DNA of 35,676 bases from Octopus sinensis. Taxonomy: Eukaryota. The first letter of the stretch is position 1. Each line of letters begins with the position of its first letter. The notes under the pieces are model-generated. The model had not been told where the DNA came from, ran no database searches, and worked only from the letters and a program-made list of their open reading frames with translations. Below, piece after piece: positions 26,289-35,676 of the stretch. The stretch lies in NCBI RefSeq assembly GCF_006345805.1, contig NW_021828057.1, positions 1-35,676 on the forward strand, written 5' to 3'. The translations under genes and the position numbers were made by a program.

Positions 26289-26291
<3 letters not shown>

Positions 26292-26340
<49 letters not shown>

Positions 26341-26400
26341 AGCGTATCTGTTTGTGTGCGTGTGTATGTGTTTGTGCGTATGTGTGTGTGTATATATACA
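26292..26400. repeat. (TA)n then (TG)n microsatellite
   Basis: Direct periodicity. Confidence 0.9.
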
Positions 26401-26711
26401 TGCGCAGTATTTAGTTACTCTCCTGCACATACACATAAACATGAAATTCAGATGTTGCTATTATATGTTGGGTTGACAGTCGTATCTTAGTACGCTGTTG
26501 TAAGTGAAACACCTGTAAGCTGATAGGGGTTATTAACTAATGCCTGGTTATTTTAATATTATTTCTTAATATCTTTCTGTTCGTTTATATCCAAATCAGA
26601 TGTTCTCACTGTGTCAATAATTTCGCTCTTTGCCGCGGTAGCTTAATGAAACTGTGCGAACTGTGTATAACAGCTCAAAACTATGGTTATCGTTCCACAG
26701 CAGCAAGCGTA

Positions 26712-26864
26712 TACGTACATGCATACATACATACTTACATAATACATACTTACGTGCATACATACATACAAACATACATGCATACAGACAAACATACATA
26801 CATACATACATACATACATACATACATACATACATACATACATACATACATACATACATACATA
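26712..26864. repeat. (TACA)n tetranucleotide microsatellite
   Basis: Direct periodicity; explains the IHTY/MYVC ORFs. Confidence 0.95.
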
Positions 26865-26885
26865 CGTGCATATGTATATACATAC

Positions 26886-27076
26886 TGTGTGACCCATCTG
26901 TCCGGCAGTCTCCATGATAGATCGGTTGCCACTACACACATTTTTTTCTCCACTTGTTTGTTTCTGTATCCCTTTCTGTAGAAGAGCGTAGGCTCGAAAC
27001 GTAAAATACTTTTTCTCTTCCTGAGCGTTATACTAATACATCTGTTTGTTTTGTACGCCACCTGTCTTCGTCGTCT
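26886..27076 (+). mobile_element. Dispersed repeat, probable Penelope-like fragment (copy 2)
   Basis: Reverse-complement match to 16141-16330; lies between (TACA)n and (TA)n. Confidence 0.65.
26972..27007 (+). ncRNA. Minimal hammerhead-like motif, variant core CUGUAGA
   Basis: CTTT-CTGTAGA-A-GAGC GTAG GCTC-GAA-ACGT-A-AAAT; identical to 16208-16243 except the last base. Confidence 0.5.
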
Positions 27077-27100
27077 TTTTTTTATGGGGTGAAATCTCCC

Positions 27101-27105
27101 TATAT

Positions 27106-27160
<55 letters not shown>

Positions 27161-27175
27161 ATATATATATATATA

Positions 27176-27207
<32 letters not shown>

Positions 27208-27271
27208 ACCGAAACCGGTACTGAAATGTTCACTATAAAATTATTTTAGCATTTCTATTTTTTACTTGTCT

Positions 27272-27309
<38 letters not shown>
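27101..27309. repeat. Two (TA)n tracts enclosing a 75-bp insert (27203-27277)
   Basis: Direct periodicity; insert begins aaaatgaccgaaaccggta. Confidence 0.85.
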
Positions 27310-27312
<3 letters not shown>

Positions 27313-27414
27313 CAAGAATTATAATAGTATAAAATACAATTACTATTAAGGGCACAGGAGTGTTCAGTGCCTATATCCTGAAGATAGATGCTAAACCCTT
27401 CCAGCTACTTCAAA

Positions 27415-27608
27415 TTCTTTTCTACTGTAGGCACAATGTCCGAAATTTTGAGGAAGGGTGCCAGTCTGTTTGATTGACTCCAATACGCAACTGGTACTTA
27501 ATTTATCGACACCGAAAGGATGAAAGGTAAAGTGGACCTCGGCGGAATTTGAAATTAGAACATAAAGACAGTCGAAATAACGCTAAGCATTTTGCCCAGC
27601 GTGTTAAC
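27415..27608 (-). mobile_element. SINE family B variant with a different 3' tail
   Basis: Shares head and core (ctggtacttaatttatcgac..gaaaggatgaaagg..cctcggcggaatttgaa..cgctaagcattttgcccagcgtg); its 3' tail (plus strand gtaggcacaatgtccgaaattttgaggaaggg) replaces the usual one. Confidence 0.8.
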
Positions 27609-27960
27609 CCACCTTCAAATTATGACTATATAATTAACACGTGTTGAAATCGAGGAAGAAAACTGACCAAAATTCATAAAAAGAATCCAGTTAGTTTTGG
27701 GATTGATCAGTTTCTGGATTAGTTTAATATCACTTTTCCTTCATCAGCAATCGTACTTGGCGAAATCAATGAAATATTAATACATAACCACAGAAAAGCA
27801 CTCGCAGAACTGCAAATATGCAATAATATCGTTTATACATACGCATCGAATTTCGCAGTCCACATCAACACGTGTATTTGGTCAGAATATTACGGCAGCG
27901 ACTAAACTGTCCTGACGTAAATGGAATATATCCGAAAATAATCGTATGTATTTCTATATG

Positions 27961-28006
<46 letters not shown>

Positions 28007-28329
28007 ATATTATATATATAATATATATATATATATATATTATATATATTAGAAGAAATGAGGTAATCAGAAGATCGGATGGTTTATATTTACAGATATT
28101 TATTTATATATTACATTTTTTACATATATATCATATCACTTAGATCATTAGTGCTTTTCCCATTCTAGTGGGGTTTTCAAATCAAAATAATTCCTTTGTG
28201 GGGAATTGTAATCATTTTATAGAGTTTCGTAGTGGTGGGGAGGAACAAGACAGCACAAGAGGGTGAGGTGGATGAGGAGGAAGTGAGAGAGAGAACATGT
28301 GTGTATGTGTATGTGTGTATATGTGTGTG

Positions 28330-28575
28330 TGTGTGCGCGCGCGTTTGTATCTGAGGCTAAAGAGAAAGGGGGGAAGGGAGAGGGAAGAAGAAGGATTTCC
28401 TTTGGTCTGCTGGACTCCAAGGGGGTTCTAAGAATTTCAGCTTTGACCACTTCAGTGTCACTAAGTGTGTGGTGGTGGGTAGGCAGGCCATAAATTACAC
28501 CTTTTATCATTTTGAGGGTGGTCAAATGCCGTTTGGGGTCTAAGAACTCTTTCCACTTTTTATGATCGTTTTGTG
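28330..28575 (-). pseudogene. Possible fragment of a non-LTR retrotransposon ORF1 (gag-like)
   Basis: Non-repetitive part of ORF 28217..28690: KWKEFLDPKRHLTTLKMIKGVIYGLPTHHHTLSDTEVVKAEIL loosely resembles the KGVI-x-G-[VL]P...EE[IV] segment of LINE ORF1 proteins; not searched. Confidence 0.25.
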
Positions 28576-28796
28576 GAGGTGTGTGTGTCTGTGTGTCCGT
28601 GTGTGTTTGTGTGTGTGTGTGCGTGTGTGTGTGCGTGTGTGTGTGCGTGTCTGTGTGCCTCTGTGTGTTTGGAGAAGGGGAGAGAGACATTTTATATATA
28701 TATATATATACGTATGTATGTATGTATATCTATATATATATAAAGATGTTTGTGTGTTGTTGTATATATATATTTATATATATATATATATATTAT

Positions 28797-29389
28797 ATTT
28801 ATATATAGAGGGCATATACATACATGCCAGGAGCATTGTATATACATGCCAAACGCTAAGAGGGACAATCAGTCATTTCTACCAAAACTATTACTAATCC
28901 CACCGAATGCAATTTTTCAAAGTAAGACATTTAAAAATATAGGCCTGTATCACAGTGATTTCATACTTACGTATCATCAGCAGGCCTGAATGAATGTATT
29001 ATAATAAACACGACCCTGCCTCGCTTAAGCCGATCAGCTAACTGATCACATCAACGAAGCACATGGGTGAGTTTATATATATTACATCCGGGTAAATGGT
29101 AAACTTTTACGAATTGCATTTCGGGAGAGGAAAAGTTTTTTCGGATATAAAATTTAGCAATTAAGGACAACTACTAATAAGGAAACTTAACAAGAATTGT
29201 CAGGTAGATAGCGTAAAAACCTCATAAGAGAAAAAATTTCGAAAAAAAATTATTCTTATTGAACATATTAATTTATATATAGAGGGCATTATACATACAT
29301 GCCAGGAAGCATTGTATTACATGCCAAACGCTAAGAGGGACAATCGTCATTTCTACCAAAATATTACTAATCCCACGAATGCAATTTTT

Positions 29390-29392
<3 letters not shown>
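28797..29392 (+). repeat. Direct duplication of about 123 bp (28797-28920 and 29271-29392)
   Basis: Copies align end to end with six single-base indels and no substitutions. Confidence 0.95.
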
Positions 29393-29430
<38 letters not shown>

Positions 29431-29805
29431 GACACAGTCACACACATATATATAAACAATTTCATACACGTACTCTACATATTTTGTACAATGCTTGGCT
29501 ACAAACTCTGAAGACGTCTATATAACTAGAAACACAAAGCTTCGACTTGTCCCATATTTATATTCGTTAGCCTGTTTTTTTCTTCCTTAATATCATGTAA
29601 ACTTCGAAGATTATTTGTACCTTCAGATTATCTCCCCTTCAGAAGTATAATAATTTAAATACATCGTTAACTTTTCGTGTATGGTATTTCAGAAACCTGT
29701 ATCAGATTATGAATACATTGAGATATATATATACGTAAGAAATGCATTAGTGATTCAGACTGGGAAATTTCCTGTAAAATATTGGCTATAATCCGAATGG
29801 AACTT

Positions 29806-29823
29806 CTGCTGCTGCTGCTGCTG

Positions 29824-29903
<80 letters not shown>

Positions 29904-29949
29904 GCTGCTGCTACATCAACAACAACTACAACAAATAATAATGATAGTG

Positions 29950-29990
<41 letters not shown>

Positions 29991-30115
29991 TCAAATATCA
30001 CTACTACTACTATTACTTCTACTACTAATGCTACTACTTCTACTTCGACGATTACCTCAACTACAATCACAACTGCTGCTACTTGTACTACTATTACTAC
30101 TATTTGTACTATTAT

Positions 30116-30154
<39 letters not shown>

Positions 30155-30589
30155 TTCTACTATTACTACTACTGGTTTTCTACTACAACTACTATTTCTT
30201 ACTTTTCTACTTCTACTACTACTACTACTCCTACTACTAATACTACTATTACTACTAATCCTACTGCTGCTACTACTACTACTACTCCTACAACTACTAC
30301 TCCTACAACTACTACTACTACAACTACTACTACTACTACTTCTACTACTACTACTTCTACTACTACTTCTACTACTACTTCTACTACTACTTCTACTACT
30401 ACTACTCCTACAACTACTACTACTACTACTACTTCTACTACTACTACTTCTACTACTACTTCTACTACTACTTCTACTACTACTTCTACTACTACTCCTA
30501 CAACTACTACTCCTACAACTACTTCTACTACTCCTACAACTACTACTCCTACAACTACTACTACTACTCCTACAACTACTACTACTACA

Positions 30590-30651
<62 letters not shown>

Positions 30652-30688
30652 TACTACTTCTACTACTACTACTACTACTACTCCTACA

Positions 30689-30723
<35 letters not shown>

Positions 30724-30770
30724 TACTACTTCTACTACTACTTCTACTACTACTACTACTACTACTACTG
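29806..30770. repeat. Trinucleotide field of about 1 kb: (CTG)n, (CTA)n, (ATA)n, then long variant (CTA)n
   Basis: Direct periodicity; gives poly-L, poly-Y, poly-T and poly-V ORFs. Confidence 0.95.
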
Positions 30771-31386
30771 TTTGCACTGTGTGCACCACAAACATTAACA
30801 TAATCCGTAATAGCTTAGGTTACGTATTTTTAGCATTTTCTCTATTATCATTATCATTATCATTATTATTATCATTATCATTATTATTACGTTCGTCGTA
30901 TTTCAAATAATGAACTTGATGTGTTTTCGTTTTGTCTTTGTTTTTCGTTTGTTCTTTTTTAGTTTGTTTCTTGCTAAAATATCAACAAAAGTTAACAGCG
31001 TTAATGTATTTTCAACACATACACTAACGCTCACAGAGGCATATATATATATATATATATAAATAATCATATGTTTATAGAAAGTATATATATATAGACA
31101 TATAGACACGCGTTTATATTTCATTGTACGCATGTATGTGTGTGTTTGTCTGTAACTGTGACTATGTGTAATTTTCAATACACATATTTATGTTTTTTTT
31201 GCTCTGTGTATGTTTTATTTCTTTGCTATGCGAAAACTGTAGGCAGGAAATTGGATTCTAAAGATATCTCCGGAACTGATCTGATTGCTTGCTGTTTATA
31301 CTAATTTTTTGCGTCCGTTATTATATACATACACACACACTTGATATACGTGTGTCGTGTGCATATATGCCTATATCTATGTCTAT

Positions 31387-31387
<1 letters not shown>

Positions 31388-31432
<45 letters not shown>

Positions 31433-31486
31433 TTATATATATCTGTCTATATCCTTATGAATGCGTGTATATTTGTATTTGTCTAA

Positions 31487-31530
<44 letters not shown>
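31388..31530. repeat. Two (TA)n tracts
   Basis: Direct periodicity. Confidence 0.9.
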
Positions 31531-31531
<1 letters not shown>

Positions 31532-32606
31532 CTTAGACAAATACAAATATACACGCATTCATAAGGATATAGACAGAGACAAACTGAAAGAAATAATGCG
31601 TTATGTATTTCTTAAAACGACGTTGGTTAAATTATTCTCGTGTTTTGTTCGTTTTTTTATTTTCCTGTGCCTTGCTCTATGGCATATTGATCTAAACGCC
31701 TTAGTTGTCTGCAATTCTTCCTAGGCCTGTTAAACAGTTTTTACCGACATCAGAGTAACTCTTGCTTCGTATGCCAGACGATGCATCTAAATTTTTATCA
31801 AGTTGCACACTATTTTTATTACTGAGAAACAAATCTAAATTGCTTCAAGAGTTATACTATATACATAGACTACAGGCTTAATTGAGTGAACATCTGTATT
31901 GAACATACCCCTCACTTAACCTGCACAAAAGTTCATGTTTTTTCTTCTCCCTCGAAATTTTTTTTTTTTTTTCATAAAATTCAGTTATTCGCTTATATTT
32001 TTACTGTCCCATTGCAATTTTGTTGCATTGCCGCATTTGATGCCTTTCATACAAAATCCCACATTTTAAAACATATTCAACTTGTAGAATTTTGTATTTC
32101 ATGCAGTGAAATTGGATGAAGTTCGATAAATAATGATCAAATACTAAAGTTTTGTAACGATATCGATTGAATAGAATCTAAGAATTAAGTATTTACAAAT
32201 CTAAAATTAGACACACCGGTTTTGCCTTATATCATCTTAAGCAATTTCATATTTAAATCACATTTATTTGAGAAAATGACTCAGTTTTAAAAGAACCATA
32301 TGTGGAATGACATTTACTCTTTAACACCGTTTGCCTTATTGATAAATGAAGTGGAGAACAGGTCGATAGCTGAGAACGGCGTTAGGTGTTGTATAACATT
32401 TTCTTTTTCTTGATTGAAATTTAGCAACGCGCTTAAAAGCGAGCAGAAATATTAGAAGTCGTTTCGTTTCTGGAGCGAAAGCCCTCATTGGCGAAATGAA
32501 TATAAAATGCGATTCAGAAAGAGATGAAACTAACAATCATTTGCACTCAAATTCAGAGGTGATTTTAACCGATTAATAAGAAATTCAAGTAAATTATTCA
32601 CATAAA

Positions 32607-33069
32607 AGAATGGTTGTGTGGCAAGTAGCTTGCTTACGAACCACTTTGTTGCGGGTTCAGTCCTACTGCGTGGCATCTTGGGCAAGTGTCTTCTACAATA
32701 GCCTCGGGCCGACCAAAGCTTTGTGAGTGGATTTGTTTGATGGAAACTGAAAGAAGCCCGTCGTATATATGTGTATATATATCTATCTATCAATCTCTCT
32801 CTCTACTATATATATATATATGTGTGCGTGTGTGTGCGTGTGTATGTGTGTGTGTGTGTGTGTGTTTGTTTTTGTGTGTCTGTGTTAGTGCCCTCAACAT
32901 CGCTTGATAACCGATGCTGGTGTGTTTACATCCCCGTAACTTTGCGGTTCGGCAAAAGAGACTGATAAGTACTAGGTTTACAAAGAATAAGTCCTGGGGT
33001 CGATTTGATTCGGCTAAAGGCGATGCTCCAGCATGGCCGCAGTCAAATGACTGAAACAAGTAAAAGAGT
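32607..33069 (+). mobile_element. SINE family A, full length
   Basis: Head aatggttgtgtggcaagtagcttgc, internal TA/TC/TG microsatellite at about 32763-32885, tail aagtaaaagag. Confidence 0.92.
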
Positions 33070-33268
33070 ATGTGTAAGAGTTATAAGCGACACAAATTTG
33101 TACAGTTTACTCATGATAGTTTAGCCTCCCCAAACGTCACGACATATTTAGATATCTCTATATTGGGACCAACAGGTTATTTGTATGTGAGTCAGTATCT
33201 TTTTGCGCTATGATTCAAGAAAGTTCACAACCTCAGTCAACGAACCGCGTATCATATTCAATGTGATA

Positions 33269-33654
33269 GGAAAGCACTCCGTCGGTTACGACGACGAGGG
33301 TTCCGGTTGATCCGAATCAACGGAACAGCCTGTTCGTGAAATTAACGTGTAAGTGAGCTGAGCACTCCACAGACACGTGTACCCTTAACGTAGTTCTCGG
33401 GGATATTCAGCGTGACACAGAGAGTGACAAGGCCGGACCTTTGAAATACAGGTACAACAGAAACAGGAAGAAAGAGTGAGAGAATGTTGTGGTGAAAGAG
33501 TACAGCAGAGATCACCACAATCCCCTGCCGGAGCCTCGTGGAGCTTTAGGTGTTTTCGCTCAATAAACACTCACAACGCCCGGTCTGGGAATCGAAACCG
33601 CGATCCTATGACCGCAAGTCCACTGCCCTAACCACTGGGCCATTTCGCCTCCAC
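33269..33654 (-). mobile_element. SINE family D, full length, 386 bp
   Basis: Minus-strand tRNA-like head gtggaggcgaaatggcccagtggttaggg..gtttcgattcccagaccggg; 13-bp TSD attcaatgtgata at 33256-33268 and 33655-33667. Confidence 0.92.
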
Positions 33655-34617
33655 ATTCAATGTGATAATATACACATATACAGCGAGATATCCGAGGCTT
33701 CTTATGGGTTGAAACCTATAAGGAGTAATTAATCATAAAGTTAAGCCAATGCAATACAAATTTGAATTGTTTGTATTAAACAAACATGCAGGTTCGTGTT
33801 TGAGATTGAAGCAATATCAACAATTTTCGAGAGTTACATCATAAGGAAATATAACAAGGCAACATACGATCATAAAGCCAATTGAAAGTGGTCTACCAAG
33901 TAATATTTTGAAGAGAATTTAAACGAAGAAAATCAAGAAATACAAATGAAATGTTTATATCCTGCGATGAATTTCAACCACTTAAGAAACAAAAAATAGT
34001 ATTTCTACATCATATATAGATATATTACCTTAGTATAAAAGAGGCTAAAGTACAAACTTATAATTATCCCAACGCTGACACAAAAATAGAGCTCTTTACT
34101 GAAATCAAACAAAAGCAGAGAAGTCTTAGCTAAATACAAAATTTGCGTCAAACATAAAGACAGAATTTCTCTTCCATTTTCAACTGAAAAGTAATTAATC
34201 CTACAAAACTGTGATCGGATTATTTATTAAGAAAATCTTCATTAACATTAAGAGCGGCATTAAGAAGACAAACAAGATCCAACAAAGGAATAATTGTAGG
34301 TCATTCATTAGCTGATTTAAAACATTATATATGAAATCCAATTCAATTTTTCGATATAGCTGAATATCTTTCATTCTTGAAATCTCAATTCAAAAGCGTT
34401 AGAGGATACGTTAGTTATAAATAATAAGGATACCACTGATATGGATATCGATATGAACTTAGAATTAACAGATTTTTAGCGACAATTCTACATGGATTAA
34501 AAGATCACGTCATGTCGCCTTGTTGCAAATTATCAAATTATCAAAATGTAAGTTAGACCTCATAACAAAATGTTATCACATTGGAAAATATTTCCTAAAA
34601 TGTAGAACGATCATATC

Positions 34618-35210
34618 TATTTCTTTACTACCCACAAGGGGCTACACACAGAGGGGACAAACAAGGATAGACAAACGGATTAAGTCGATTATATCGACCC
34701 CAGTGCGTAACTGGTACTTATTTAATCGACGAGCTGGCAGAAACGTTAGCACGCCGGGCGAAATGCTTAGCGGTATTTCGTCTGCGTTACGTTGTGAGTT
34801 CAAATTGCGCCGAGGTCGACTTTGCCTTTCATCCTTTCGGGGTCGATAAATTAAGTACCAGTTACGCACTGGGGTCGATGTAATCGACTTAATACCTATG
34901 TCTGTCCTTGTTTGTCCCCTCTGTGTTTAGCCCCTACTGGGTAATAAAGAAATAGGTACTTATTTAATCGACCCCGAAAGGATGAAAAGCAAAGTCGACA
35001 TCGGCGGAACTTAAAATCAGACAAAATACCTATTTCTTTACTACCCACAAGGGGCTACACACAGAGGGGACAAACAAGGACAGACAAACGGATTAAGTCG
35101 ATTATATCGACCACAGTGCGTAACTGGTACATATTTAACCGACCCCGAATGGATGAAAGGCAAAGTCGACCTCGGCGGAACTTGAAATCAGAACGTCGCG
35201 GCAGACAATT
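34618..35210 (-). mobile_element. SINE family B, headless two-unit copy (host of a nested insertion)
   Basis: 15-bp TSD tagaacgatcatatc at 34603-34617 and 35211-35225; two body units on the minus strand, one interrupted by 34731-34954. Confidence 0.9.
34731..34954 (+). mobile_element. SINE family B monomer nested antisense in another family B copy
   Basis: Head gagctggcagaaacgttag plus one unit; 18-bp TSD ggtacttatttaatcgac at 34713-34730 and 34955-34972. Confidence 0.92.
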
Positions 35211-35269
35211 TAGAACGATCATATCGTTACCCGATTCAGCAACAAATGCACTCTCTCGTTCTTTGCCCC

Positions 35270-35277
35270 ACTTTCTC

Positions 35278-35342
<65 letters not shown>
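35270..35342. repeat. (CTGT)n/(CT)n microsatellite
   Basis: Direct periodicity. Confidence 0.95.
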
Positions 35343-35346
<4 letters not shown>

Positions 35347-35676
35347 TTCTCTGGCTCTGTCTTTATCTCCGTGTCTGACACCTCTCTCACTTTAGGTCTC
35401 GTGCTAATGTATAGTCACAATTCATTATACAAAAATCATCACACCTTTAAAACTCCGAGTTCAATTATATTCAAAAGAATGTCTCTATAAATTTACTATT
35501 TACTAGTATTCAGACTTCAATAGTAGTTATTACAATTGAAATATGATAGGATATATTTTAAACGCTTTAACTCTGCCGATGCTATATAAATATATTATCT
35601 TCTTATCCCCGTACTTCAGAGATACAATTAAATTATGTACACTGAGTATAACTAATTAACGGATACAACCCAACGC

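Noticed and set aside
29508-29533. CTGAAGA...GAAAC hammerhead-like spacing
   Set aside because: Stem II only pairs by using the GA of GAAA; no stem III, NUH or stem I

Overview
AT-rich eukaryotic non-coding DNA saturated with microsatellites and short retroposons. The tRNA-derived SINE families and the (TA)n/(TG)n density look like an octopus (coleoid cephalopod) genome; this is pattern recognition and was not checked against a database. No protein-coding gene, rRNA, intact tRNA or CRISPR array is supported, and almost every ORF in the supplied track is a translation of a microsatellite or SINE. Supported content: four SINE families, here labelled A-D (16 copies or fragments, five with clear target-site duplications), a TA-flanked Tc1/mariner-pogo-type MITE, several short Penelope-like fragments beside microsatellites, and weak LINE/LTR remnants. 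Best leads: (i) recurrent minimal hammerhead-ribozyme-like motifs with palindromic stem III and non-canonical cores (CUGUAGA, CCGACGA); (ii) a SINE that apparently inserts as multi-unit arrays built from two unit types, including one copy nested antisense in another; (iii) several fold-back hairpins; (iv) a duplication differing only by 1-bp indels, probably an assembly artefact. None is shown to be a new system. All alignments were done by eye, so boundaries without TSDs are approximate.
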